From Selaginella moellendorffii (Eukaryota > Plantae > Lycopodiophyta): DNA of 64,000 nt. Shown here piece by piece: positions 47,542-61,049 of this stretch (position 1 is its first letter; every line of letters starts with the position of its first letter). Both the position numbers and the translations under genes were made by a program. The stretch is taken from positions 248,813 through 312,812 of the forward strand of contig NW_003314343.1 in NCBI RefSeq assembly GCF_000143415.4, given 5' to 3'. The notes below the pieces were generated by a model. The model had not been told where the DNA came from. It searched no databases and saw only the letters and a program-made list of their open reading frames with translations.

Positions 47542-48484
47542 AGCTTGAGAGGGTGAAAGCCCAAAGTGTTCGTCTCCCAGACCCTGGGGGGTTTGGTGAG
47601 CTCCAAAAGTATAGTAAGGGGGAGGACTGTAGTGGAGCTAGTTTGGCCAGGAAAGGCCAGTTTGGCCCAGGAAGGCCGGACCCAGTGTTGGGTGATGAGC
47701 TGCCCACTGGGAAGTCCAAGACTAGAGTGAACACAGACCGACAAGCGGGGTAGCTGGGTGAAGTGTTCAAGAGCCGGCTCTAGTTCCCCCGGGGGATCGA
47801 CTGGCCGATGCTCCCAGTCCAAGTGTGGGTGGCACTACCTACTTGGATACCTGGTGTGGCTCAACGGAACCCGCTCTAAGCCCATGGCTAGAGCACCCAA
47901 GGGCAGAAGGCGAGGAGGGTACCCAGGTGGCTCGCATAAGGCCACGGTGTTCCGAAATGTTGTCCCAAAGGCCCAGATTGTGGAAAGGAAGAGGAGCAGT
48001 CCTCTGGGGTAGTGACCAAGGACACAGTCGTGTGGTGAGAAAGTCCCAGAGGACCGTGGGACTTAGTGGTCAGGCCTGTGGGTCTCGATCCAGTGGCAGT
48101 GTTGGCAAACACGGCCAGGGGCAGAAAGGGACTTAGTGGGGACTGACAGAGGGATATTGGGGAAGGCTATTCCCCTTGTCGGTAGGCATCCTAAGGATGC
48201 TAAGGAGTGGATCTGAGATGACCACTCACGGATGGTTTGCCTAGTCTTGGAGAGCCAAGATGGTGATGCAAGTGGTATTGGACTACCAGTGTGGCAAAGG
48301 TGATAGGGCATGGCCTTAGCGTAACGGGCTGCTATGTCGGTGGTACCTTTGAGTGTCGGTCATGGGATCGGACACGTGGAGCACTAAATCGAAGACCGAG
48401 GTTGAGACAGAAACCAAGATTGAGATCGAGACCGAGACTGAGTCTGAAACCAAAATTGAGACCGAGACCGAGATTGAGACTTAA

Positions 48485-48679
48485 TGTAAGTAACTAAAGA
48501 GAACAACTCAAAAGACAATTCATAAGGGTTCAAATATAGAAAAAAAAGGCCTATGAACAAGAGTGCACCCCCTTTTCCAATCAATTAATAATCTTGGGAT
48601 ACTTAGGGTTAAGTATCCTTGGGTTTAAATAGTACTGGGTTGGGTGACCTCTTGGAAAGTTTAAACTCAGAAGTTTACA
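48485..48679 (+). mobile_element. 195-bp LTR carrying a 5S-rRNA-derived segment, followed by a PBS
   Basis: TGTAAG...TTTACA termini. 5S-like segment at 48608-48662. TGGTATTAGAG (decayed iMet PBS) at 48682. The 3' part is duplicated at 48759-48850. Confidence 0.8.
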
Positions 48680-51600
48680 TTTGGTATTAGAGTTGTTCTT
48701 TAGTTTGACTTTTATTGGTGGTCAAATATATCACCACTTGTATTGGCAGTTTGATTAATACTGGGTTGGGTGACCTCCCGGGAAGTCGAAACTCAAGAGT
48801 TTATATTTGATATTAAAGTTGTTTTTTAATCTGATTTTTATTAGTGGCCAAGTATATCATCACTTGTATTAGCATCAAAAGGTCCCAAGAGTAGGCCTAT
48901 CCTTAAGGTGTAGCATGTCAAGAGGGCATAACTTTCCACCTTAGTTCATACATGAACATATTGGCAATGTGGTGGATAGAAAGGGGTTAATAAGGGAATG
49001 ATTTTGAAATCTTAAGAATAGTAGAAGGTTTTACTCAAAGAGATGAGGATATGATCTATATAAGCATTTGGCTTAGCAAACTGACTAATGTGGTTATGGT
49101 AAATAACTATTGTTAGGATCATAGATAAGATAGAAACTTTGAGATAATAAAGGAGTCACAAGATAATCATCATATAATTGATGATGGTGCTCATGAATTT
49201 GAGACTATTGTAGGAGGTCAAATACAGATGAGGACATATGTCTTTGAAATGGTAATTAGGGCTACCTTTAATAAAGGTTGGAACAACTCAAGGAAAAGGG
49301 GGTGGATTCTTATTCATAGGTTATATCCTTTTATAATTGAACTTTTATAGATTATCTTTTGAATCATTCTCTTTGGCTACTCACAATCTAGTTGCTTACA
49401 CTTAAACCAAAACCTAAATCCAAACTAAGTCTAAATTTGAGTTTGAATCTAAGTCCAAATACAAATACAGGCTGAGGGGTGAAAGCCCAAAGCATTTGTC
49501 CCCCCAAGGGAGGGGGGTTTGTAGGGGTTGCAAAGGTTCTAGAGTATAATAGGGAGAGTATGTGTTGGACTCTAGTGGAATCAATTTGGCCAAAAAAGGT
49601 CAATATAACCTAAGAAGGCTATATTTATGTGGTGGGTGAAAATATAACCACCCAGGAATCCAGAGCTAGAGTGAACACAAATGGACAAGTGAGGTAACTT
49701 GATGAAGTGTTTAAAATCTAACTCTAGCTCCCTTGTTAGATTGAATAGTTGATGCTCCCAATCCAAGTGTGGGTGGCACTATCTATTTTAAGGCCTATAA
49801 AGCTTGTGTAGGGCTACAGTATTTCCAAATGTCATCATAAACTCCTAGACTATAAAAAGGAAAAGGAATAATCCTCTTATGTAGTGACCAAAGGCATGGC
49901 CTTGTGGTGTAGAAATCCCAAATGTAAGTAGGATTTAGTGGTTGGGCCTTTAGGTCTTGGCTCAGTGGTAGTGTTAGCAAGCATTACTATGAATAAAGTG
50001 GGATTTAATAGGGACTAAAAAGGGATGTTTGGGGAAGGGTGTTCCCCATATCTCCTGTATGAAGAGGTGATTCATATAAAAATTTGACTTAGTAAACTAG
50101 TTAATATGGTTGTAGTAAGTAACTACAATTAGGATCACAGAATGATGGAAACTCTTACATATTGGGCTTGGTTTGTAAATTTTCTTTTGCTCTATCCTAC
50201 ACTATCTTGACAAGAACCTTCGTGATATTGAGATTGATCCCTCAATATTTTTTATATAATAAATAGCTTATTATGTCTACCAAACACCCTCGTTATCATG
50301 CCCTTTGTGTTAATACTATTCGATCCCAATTGCTATTTATGGAAAGTGTCTTGATTTGCTAATTTGGCATATCTATGGAATGTAGAGATTGTCATGAATA
50401 TAATGGTGTTCATCCCATGTCTAAATTCACAATCTAATGCTGTTCCATATTTAGTAAGTTTTGAGTTAGCCCTAAAGACTAACTCCTAATTAATGGTGGA
50501 TAAGGGTGAAAGCCTAAAGTGTGTGTTCCTCAAGGGAGGGGGGGCTTATAGAGGATTCTAAATGTATAATAGAGATATTGGGTAGGTTGGGCATGGCCTA
50601 CCAATTTGAAGCATACTTTAGCTCCTATTTGCATACCTATCTGTGTTCTACATCCAGCTTGGGTCTAGGCCTAAATTCCATACCATGCTAGCTAGTGGAG
50701 TACCATATCTTCGTGTTAAGCCACTAGTAGCACTAAACTCTATTTGGCTCCATTTTACATGTTGGTTCTAGCATTGGGATGTTAAATGCTCTAGGACTAT
50801 TCCAAGTCACTCCATGATTCTGTCCTTTTACTCCTTGGGTTGAATGCTTAAGAATCACATTGTCCTTTAGTTCCTTTGCTCCTTGGCTACAAGCTTGGGA
50901 GTTTGGCTTCGTACCTTCATTTCGTGGCCTAAGGCCTTCAAACTTAGGTTCCACTATGTGGTCCTTAAATATATGGCATATGACATATAACAGATAGAGG
51001 GTTTAGGTTCTATTTCATGGTTATCCTATGGTAAATCACTAAGGATAAAGGGTGAAAGCGACATGTGCTACATTTGGTATTAGAGGATATTGTAAGAAAC
51101 CAACTTCCCGAGGTGTCGTAGGCTAAAGGATTCCCGAAAGCACGACTAAAATGATAAAGAGTTCATCGGATGAAACTTGAATGAATCCAAGATCGAGTCG
51201 AAGAGAAAGGAAACTGACTACAGTGCTCCTGGTTTATGTGGAGTGGTGCCCCACTTGAGTACCTTGCAGCTCATTGGTCCTCACCTTTCCTAAGGGCATG
51301 GGCCTTTCCTTCGGGAGGGAAGTAGAGGAGTAAGGGTACCTATACCGGGCCGTTAGGCCACAATGTTTCCCCCTAGTGTCCCGAAGTAAGTGTTGTTTCT
51401 AAGGCTTAGGATTTAAAGGGTTCTATAATCAAGTCTTATTATACCAAGGGATGTTATGAACCTAGAGGCTTGGTGTGCTTGGCTACTTGTGCTTGTGGGG
51501 AGTGTAGCCGAACCTTAATCCAGTTTAACCTGGGGAGGGGGATTAAGAGAGAATTTGGGAATCCGTGGATGGATGGCTAACACTCTGTTACTCATGCAAT

Positions 51601-53657
51601 GAGTTGCTAAACTAAATAGGACCAAGTAGGAGCTGGTACAATATGCGAAACCTTGGCAAGGGAACTTAACTAAAGCCAAGGCTATAGTGGTCAGATAGAC
51701 AAGGTAAGCTAGCAAATTGGAAAGGAAAAATTTATGGCTTACAGATATGTATTAGCGAGTACCATCCAATGAGATTGGGCAACTAAATTTGTTGCATACG
51801 TAAAGATAAAAATAATGATATAAGTGGGTACACATTTGGGTGCTAAGACTTCACATTTATTCCTTGGGTATAGATTTTGGTTACCTTTTCATACTAGATT
51901 ATATGAGCTTACTCTTGGGCTTATAAGATGGACTGAGATGTTCTATTTGCACGAGTTTGCACTTGAGCTTGTGAATGAGGCACATTAGCAACTTAAAGTT
52001 ATGCTTTGAGTTGGCAGGATTAATGTTAGCGTATCAGGGGTTACTATGAGTGGTTCCATATACTGTGAGTGAAAGTAAACCTTCCCTGAGTTTTCTATAA
52101 ATGGCAAATAGGCTAGTCCATAGCTATTTAGCATGGCACTAATAGATCTTTCCTATGTATGATTATAAATGGATCAATCAAGATTGTAGGGATTAATCTA
52201 TTGGTTCAAGTAATCATTGTCGTGCTCTTTCATATACTTTTCTTGGATTGAATTGAAGGCAGTGTGAACGCAAGCTTGAGATTTGATCAAAGTAGAGTTT
52301 GAAAAAAGAGTTCTCTAGAATGAAAGATCAAACACATAAATCATTTTCTCTTTTTTGAAAGATGATTTGCAATGAAATGTTAACTCATTGTTTCTATTCA
52401 CATTACACAATCAAGAGTTTTTATCTTGATGCATATTGGTTATAGTGGTCTTACAAGTGGTGGGTTGTAAGATGGATAATGGTGAAGTGTTAAACCATTT
52501 TGTCTAGGCTTGCTATTGAAGACTTGAGTTATAATACTCAATTCTTTTACGGGGAACCTTATTACTGCTCCTTGAGTAACTTGGTGTTGGATTAATTTTG
52601 AGTTTGGTCGGAAAGAGAGTGGCATGAACTTGTCTGTATTGTGAACAAAAGTTAGTGGCATTGGGTGTTATAAATCTCAATCGGTGAGGTGTGGCATTTA
52701 TATTGCATTTTGTCAAATCGAGTTGGCATGTGATACTCACATAAACTTTTGAAGTAATAACATAGGTGTTGGTCGTGGTGTTGCTCGATTAATAATCAAG
52801 TTATTGTGATACTTATGTCATATCTATGTGATAATAAGCAATGTGTTTACGATATTACTTGGTTAAATGATAATCAACCTTAAAGTGGTTAATGGTGAAA
52901 TTAGTCTACTTGTAAGTAGTAGCATTGTAATAGCTTTAACTAAGTTCTTAATAATGATCTTTGATGTGCTAAGCTTATGTTGGTATCTTAGTTTTTAAAG
53001 GGTTACTTATTGAGGTGATGGAAAAGTTATCACATTCATTTACTATGGCTTATTGATTTATCTGTTAGCACTTGGAGTAAATTGTTAGATAGAGAATATG
53101 TGAATTTGAGGTATTGATATTGTTAACATTTGTATTAGTAGAAGTGGCACTATTATTTTGAGTGATGAGGAATTTTCTTTAGACCTTGATTTTTCATATC
53201 ATTTTTCTTATTAAGTATTTTAGCTTTATACTAGATCTTGAAGATGATTGAAGAAAAGTGTTAGTGCAATATGGATATCTGAATATATGGTCTTCGTGAT
53301 CAAATCTTAGATGTTTATTTTTCATTTTTTATTTGTATTGGGTGTTAAAAATTTGGGTATGATGTTTGATATTTAAGCATATTGGGTCATGAGAATTTGT
53401 GTCGAGGTGAACCTTTGTAAAATTGTTGGTAGGAGGAAGTTAGTTGAATTCTGAGAATTTATATTCCTAGATTGAGAGTCATTTTTTCTTTAGGATGGAA
53501 AATTTTCCATAAATTTTCTTAGATTTTTCTAATGGCTAATTTAATAATCATTTTGCTCGAAAGCCATTCAATTTTCAAAAGCCATTATAAAATAGTGAAA
53601 GGGTTGGAGTTGACTTTGATTAACCTAAACTTTAGTTGATAATTTGTAAGATAAAAC

Positions 53658-53851
53658 TATAAGCTCTTGAGTTTGGACATTCCGAGAGGTCACCTAACCC
53701 AGTACTATTCAAGCCCAAGGACACTTAACCTCAAGTATCTCAAGACCCTTAACCGATTAAAAAAAGGGGTGCACTTTTGTTCATGGGCCCTTTCCCTCTA
53801 TATTTGAACCCCATGGACTGTCTCTCAAGTCGTTCCCTTTGGTTGTTTACA
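53658..53851 (-). mobile_element. 194-bp 5S-bearing LTR (minus strand) with PPT-like GTGGTGGAT and tandem truncated LTR 5' ends up to about 54080
   Basis: Reverse complement of 53675-53729 is GTTAAGTGTCCTTGGGCTTGAATAGTACTGGGTTAGGTGACCTCTCGGAATGTCC. The motif gttg(c/t)ttacaatccacca is repeated. Confidence 0.8.
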
Positions 53852-55767
53852 ATCCACCACGCTTCTTTACAAGTTCCCTTTATATTTGAACCCCATGGAC
53901 TGTCTCTCGAGTCGTTCCCTTTAGTTGCTTACAATCCACCATGTTGTTCCCTTTGGTTGTTTACAATCCACCACGTTAACCAATTGGAAAAAGGGGTGCA
54001 CTCTTGTTTATGGGCCCTTTCCCTCTATATTTGAACCCCATGGAATGTCTCTCGAATCATTTCTTTTGGTTGCTTATAGTAACCTAAAAGAGATGCTAAC
54101 TTTTGGGACTAAAGCAATTGAGTTGAATAGAGTCTAGAGTTGAAATAGAAGAATAATTGTTGCACTTTTCTAAAAAGGTGACCCTTGTGCCTTTCTTTTA
54201 TAATGTTGTGTTTGGTGGCAAGTTACATCTTGCATTTCGTAGACTCTATGAGAATAATGAACTCTCATTAATCTTAATTTGGTCTTAGTGGCCCTACACC
54301 TTAGTTAAGGATGGTGATGTCTAACTTAATTATTTGAAGTTAAGGTGTTAGTACCCATACTATACCTTAAACTTATGAGGAGGTTGTGTACCATATGTGT
54401 CAATCTCATGGTCTTCACTTTAGTTATAACTAAGTGTTGATCATGCATAGTTAGCCTCTCCAAAGTATACTTGGAGCTATTGGCTAAATGTGTTGGTGAG
54501 TTTATTGCTATATAATTGAATTTGAATAGTTATTTAGTTTGTGCTTGTCCATATTCCTATATTTGGTATCTAGAGTGTACCTTTCTGTTGGACAAGTATT
54601 TGACATGATGACATGAGTTTAGTGTCTAAATTTTGTGAAGGCCAGTTGAAAAGTGATTGTTGGTTGCTTTGCAATAAATGATTATTGGTAGACTTTGTCA
54701 AGAACTATTGACATTTATCAGATGGTATTGCAAAGGATTGTATCAGGGGTTTGCATGGTTTTTCTGTATTGGCATGTTGATTTTTCCTCTATCAATATCA
54801 TTTGGTTACATTTATCCTATGGTGTTAGATTTCATAGAGTCTTGGATATGGTGATTCACTCTTTAATGATGTGTTATCTGTATTTGAGTATTGTTGAAGA
54901 ATTGGTTTCAAATACTAAGTATAATATCTTTGATTTTGGTTAGCTTGGTTTCTAGAAAGCTTTGAGTGGTGATTGCTTTTACTTTCTTCTAGCTTTATTT
55001 TGGTGTTGATGGCATTGAAGTGATGTCTGTTGTTGATATTATTGATGTTGAGATTTGAGTGAAATGAGATGTCTCTCCTTAAAATTGATATTGATTTTAA
55101 TTAGTTTCGATAAAAATAGTGTTAATGATTTGGCTGTAGCTTTGTGTTATTAGCATTTGTTTTTTGTTAATTAACAACTATATCCACATTCAAATGAACT
55201 GAGTAGCAAGTTAAGCTAGTTATGTTCTAGATGAAATTATTTAGTAGGATTGCTTTGGCTTTTCCTTCAAACATGGTTTAGTCGTGGATTATATTAACTT
55301 TACAAGAAGAAGAGTTAATGATCGATATTGAAGATGTTAATTCTTTATTGAATTTAAGTTAGGGATATATTGAATTTAAGTTAAGGATGATTTTTCTTAT
55401 GCTTGTTACGAAGTGAGTTATGTCTTATTATAGATGGATTTATGGAGGATTGTTTAGTGATCATTTGTTGAGCATAGCTTTATTATACTTAACTTTTGGA
55501 CTGATGTAGAAATGCTTTTCATTAGCTTAAGTATTATAAAGTTTAGCTTTTGGATGTGTTAAGGAGGATATTGTGGGTTGTATTATAATTTCTTCTTTAG
55601 CATTGAAGTTAATTCATGCAAAACTCATGATCATTGTTAAGCAAGACTTGGTTATAACCTCTTTTTTTGACTCATTAACTTTGGTGTTGAAGTTAGTATT
55701 TGCATCTGGTAATTATTAATGATGATTAACTATCATCTAAGATAGTTGATTATCCTTGTCAAAGGTT

Positions 55768-57320
55768 TGTGAGACACAAAATCCCTAGGCCCCAAAGTGG
55801 AGCCGGAAAGGGTGCCATGTGGTAGTGGCTGAAGCAAAAGCCAAACGAGTGTAACACGTTTGGACTAAAAGCTCTGACTTGGAAGGTCGAGAGCGGGAGT
55901 GGAACTCCCAACAAAGTGCTCAAGGAGCGAGCATGAAGCGAGCAATAAGCAAGGCTCCAAAAAGGGACCCAAAAAGGACCAACACATGACACGTGAAAGA
56001 GTCCGAGATGGAGTCCGAGATGGACCCGAGATGGAGTCCGAGATGGAGTTCGAGATGGAGTCCGAGATGGACCCGAGATGGAGTCCGAGATGGACCCAAG
56101 ATGGACTCGAGATGGAGTCCGATATGGAGTCCCAGATGGACCCGAGATGGATTTTAAGATGGAGTCCACGATGGAACCGAGATCGACGGCCGAGACCGAG
56201 GCCGAGCCCGAGCCCGAGACTGAGCCCGAGTCCGAGTCCGAAACCGGGACCGAGACCGAGTCCGAGTCCGAGTTCGAGCCCGAGTCCGAGTCCGAATACT
56301 AATACAGGCAATTGGGTGAAAGCCCAAAGCGATCGTCCCCCAGTGGGGGGGGGGGGGGGGCTGCAGGGGGTTCCAAAAGCATAGTAGGGAGAGTGTGGGG
56401 GTTGGAGCCCAGTGGAGCTAGTTTGGCCAGGAAGGGCCAGTTTGGCCTAGGAAAGGCCAGTTTGGCCCAGGAAGGCCATACCCTGTGTTGGGTGATGAAC
56501 TGACCACTGGGAAGTCCAAGACTAGAGTGAATACGGACTGACAAGTGGGGTAGCTTGGTGAAGTGTTCAAGAGCCGACTCTAGTTCCCCCGGGAGATCGA
56601 CTGACCGATGCTACCTACTTGGATACCTGGTGTGGCTCAACAGAACCTCACTCTAAGCCCATGGCTAGAGCACCCAAAGGCGGAAGGTGGGGAGAGTACC
56701 CATGAGGCCTGCGTAGGGCCACAGTGTTCCGAAATGTTGTCTCGAAGGTCCAGACTGTGGAAAGGAAGAGGAGTAGTCCTCTGGTGTAGTGACCAAGGAT
56801 ACAGTCAAGTGGTGAGGAAGTCCCAGAGGACCATGGGACTTAGTGGTCGGGCCTGTGGGCCTCGATCTAGTGGCAGTGTTGGCGAACACGGCTATGGGCA
56901 GAAAGGGACTTGGTGAAGACTGGAAAAGGGATATTGGGGAAGGCTATTCCCCATGTCAGTGGGCATCCTAAGGATGCTAAGGAGTGGATCTGAAATGATC
57001 ACTCATAGACGGATGGCCCAGTCCTTGAGAGATGGGACTGTGATGCAGGTGGTGTTAGACCACTGGTGTGACCAAGGTAAAAGGGCATGGCTTTAGCGTA
57101 ACGGGCTGATATGTCGGTGGTACCTTGGGGTGTCGGTCATGGGATCGGACACGTGGAGCACTTGGATCTAGTGCAAAGGTTGAGTGGCGGGGAGGCCATT
57201 CTCGGGACTAGCAAGCCTAAGTCTGAAATAGGACTTATGAAGATTGTGAGTGAAACTCCTCCAAGTGGTTGGAGGTGTGGTTAAATGACTAAAGTAGAAT
57301 GGAAAATTTGGTCGCTTACA
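55768..57320. mobile_element. Solo-LTR-like insertion (1553 bp) with 5-bp TSD
   Basis: TGTGAG...CTTACA termini flanked by AGGTT (55763-55767 and 57321-57325). Homologous to 45437-45660 and 47046-48383. Confidence 0.8.
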
Positions 57321-59317
57321 AGGTTTTGTTAAATTATTATTGTTGTTGAATGATTTGCCGTTCTTCAGGATGGTGGATTCTTTAGTCGATAATGATTGTA
57401 CATCTCTCTATTGATGGATGATTAATGATCTTTCATGATAGTTAGTTTCTCTTTGATAACTTATTGTTTTTCGCATTACAATATATAGTTTGCTTTGGAT
57501 TGATTTTTTGGGTTTAAAACATTAGTAAGATGTTGTTGGTTCTTACTTAAGAAACTTGAGTCCTTCAGTATATTGATTAGGATCTATTTAGATTGATTAA
57601 TGCAATAATTGGCATGAACAAGTGTTTGTTTTCTTTGCAACATTCACTTTGTTTTGTTGATTGTTGTTATGGTCAGTTTTGATAGATTAAATGTTATTTC
57701 CTTTAGGTGATACATTCGCGAACATTTTGCTTGTCAATCAATGATACTTTCTAGTTTTTAAAATATCTTTCCTAAGTTGTTTGGCATGCTTTCTATAATT
57801 TTTGGTAGTTAAGTTTTATCATTAAGTTTTTTTGATGATCTACTTGCTATTTAATTTTTTTAGATGGTTAATCCTATGACATTAACTTTTAAAAATCTTG
57901 GTGGTTCCTATACTATAATACTAATTTATTGGATGATAACTTACTTAGAATACTTTTATGTTTTAATCTAAAATTTATTCATTAATAATTAAGTCTCTAA
58001 GATATCATTATTTATGACATTGATATTGTCCATTTTTTAATCTTTAAATTTGGGCCAGTATAGACAAACTGACTTCAGCACTTCGTGTGCATAGTGAAAT
58101 ATTTAGTCATGAGGTAGTTACTATCAACTGATCACATCACCCACCTCTATATTGATGTTTCTTATTTTGGTAAAGTGCATAACTATGTAAATAATTCTAA
58201 TTGCCTATTTCCAATAGTCTATTTAAAATTTACCAATAGGTTTGTTTTCTTTGCTTAAGAGGGTTGGGACTTCTACCTTCTTTCTCTATATCCCTGTGGG
58301 TAGAGGCGTATCACACTTTTGTAAGCTGGATGATATCTAGAATAGCAAGGGTGGATAACTCCATTAGTCATTTCCTTATTAGTGACAGTCGGAAGGTGTT
58401 TGAGTTAATAGCACATTTGTGTTAAATAGAGGGGTTATCTTAACTCATTTAAATTGGTGCATTTCTCACAAAGTGTGAACACCATAAACTTTTTCTAGAG
58501 TTATTTCCTTGGCGGTGCTCTAAACTAGAGTATGCATCAACAAGAATATCAATCTTTCTTAAAGGGGGGAGAGTGTTTGAATTTAAGTCCAAATACAAAT
58601 ATAGGCTGAGGGGTGAAAGCTCAAAGCAATCGTCCCCCCAAAGGAGGGGGGTTTGTAAGGGTTGCAAAGGTTCCAAAGTATAATAGGGAGATTATGCGTT
58701 AGCCTCCAGTGGAATCAATTTAGCCAGAAAAGGCAAATATAACCTAAGAAGGTTATATTTATGTGGTGGGTGATAATATAACCACAGAGGAGTCCAAGGC
58801 TAGAGTGAATATAGATAAACAAACAGGATAACTTAGTGAAGTGTTCAAGAGCCAACTCTAGCTTCCCTAGGAGATCAAATAGTTGATGCTCCCAATCCAA
58901 GTGTGGGTGGCACTACTTACTTGGATACCTAATGTGACTCATCAGAACCTCACTCAAGCCACATGGTTAGGGCACTTAAAGATCGAAGGTGGGGAGAGTA
59001 CTTATAAGGCTCATACAGGGTCACAGTGTTTTGAAATATCGTCCCAAAACCCTAGACTATGGAAAGGAAGAAAAGCAATCCTTTAGTGTAGTGACTAAAG
59101 ATATAATCACTTGGTAAGGAAAAATTATCTTTCTTGTGTTATCTAGGCACTAAGCCATTACAATCATAAAAAGAGCTCCTTCATTCAGTATTGTCTAAGC
59201 CTTGCAATCACTGAAAAGATCTACTTGTGATTCCTAGTGCTAAGTATGTTTAAAATTCACAAGTGATTTTTTCCTGATTGTTTTTCAAGCCAAAGAGTGA
59301 CGGCTTATCCTGTTGTG

Positions 59318-59512
59318 TGTAAGCAACAAAAAAGAACGACTCGAAAGACGATTTATAAGGATTCAAATATAGAAGGAAATATCTTATGAATAAGAGTGCA
59401 CCCTTTTTTCCAATCGATTAAGGGTCTTGGGATATTTGAGGTTAAGTGTCCTTGGGTTTGAATAGTATTGGGCTGAATAACCTCCCGGGAAGTCCAAATT
59501 CAAGAGTTTACA
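59318..59512 (+). mobile_element. 195-bp 5S-bearing LTR
   Basis: TGTAAGCAAC...GAGTTTACA. 5S-like segment at 59441-59495. Confidence 0.78.
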
Positions 59513-61049
59513 CGTAGTCTCCAAATGTGAGTAAGGTTTTTTTTGCCTATACTCATGTTCTTGTCTCTTCTTGCAAAATAATGACAAATAAACAAAGACA
59601 AAAACGTAGAGAAGAAAATAAAAATGAGAAGAGAATAGAAAAAAACTCAACCTCAAACCCCAAAAGCATAGGTAAGGATAAATATATGTCATTCTTTCAA
59701 CTCTACTTTACACAAATAATCATAAGTGGGAGAAAAAATGGTTAATTCAATACAAATGCATACAATAGTAAGTAGGGGTTGTTTTCCAACACATCTAAAT
59801 GTTACTTATATACTACATAATTTTATAATTGTTCTTAACTGTTTCACGCTTATCTATAATAAGCATTGCCTAAGTTGAGTCTTTCTTTTTTGGATGCATA
59901 ATCTTATGTGTAACTCCATTTTGCCTAATCTTCCTTCTTTTGCTCTACCTAGGAAAATACTCAAAATAAAACATTTACCTCTTCATCAGTTTTACAACAA
60001 TTATAAAGACAAAGTGAAAATTGATTTTTTAATGATGAAGCTTTCTGTAGCATATGTAGTTTTCACCTTTTATTCTATAGTGATTTATCATAGGATAACC
60101 ACTAAATAGAACCAAAACCCTTAACCAGGTGTCAAAGAGTAATAAATTCCCAAGCATATAGCCAAGAAGTGAAGGAATTGGAGTATGGAGCAACTTTTAA
60201 CCGTTCAGCATAAAGAACAAAGGGACAAGAGCATGAACTAATATATAGTCCTAGAACATTTAACATCCCAATGCTAGAATTAACATGCAAAACAAAGCCA
60301 AAAGAGTTTAATACTATTTTGGCATATCAATGGCCTAACACAAGAATATAGGTATTCCACCAACTAACATGGTATGAAGTTTGGGCTTAGACATAAATTA
60401 GACGTAAAACAAGGATAAATAAAGCTAGACTATGCCTTAGGTTTGTTGGCCCTACCCAACCTACCCACTATCCCTACTATACATTTGAAACCCCCACAAC
60501 CACCGTCAGAGATAATTATAAAAATTTATTAAATATGGAATGGTGTTAGATTGCAAATTTGGATATGGGAACACCATCATGTTCAAGACAAGATTTACAT
60601 TATGTAGATATGATTAGCTTGTAGATTTAAACACTTTTCATAAATAATTAATGAAACCAACATATGGGGCATGATAGTGAAGGTGTTTGGCAAATACGGT
60701 AAGTTATCATGTAACAATATTAAGGGACTAGACTCAATATATGAGGGTTCTTATCAAGCTAGTGAAAAATAAAATAAAAGAGAATTAAGAGCCAAGCCAG
60801 TTATGCTTAGAAGACACATAAAAGTTCTTACCTTATGTTCTGACTAAGTATAAATGTTAAATCTAATTTACTAATACTTGAACAAAAAGGGTTGAAAAGG
60901 GAACCAGCAATACCAACCTTCATAACAATAAATAAAGAACATTTAAAAAAACTTTTCAATATGTAACTTTGGATATTTGCAATCACATTTATAACACTTA
61001 TAGGCTATGTTCCTTCATGGTAGAAAAACTAAATTAAAACTAATCCAAA

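Noticed and set aside
46955-47822. Long ORFs with GLGL/RSRS/SPSP/ESES repeats (also 55759-56384)
   Set aside because: Artefacts of stop-free 6- and 12-bp tandem repeats within an LTR.
48608-48662. Genuine 5S rRNA gene
   Set aside because: Only the 55-nt promoter region matches. The 5' half, the 3' end and the oligo-T terminator are absent, and it lies inside an LTR.
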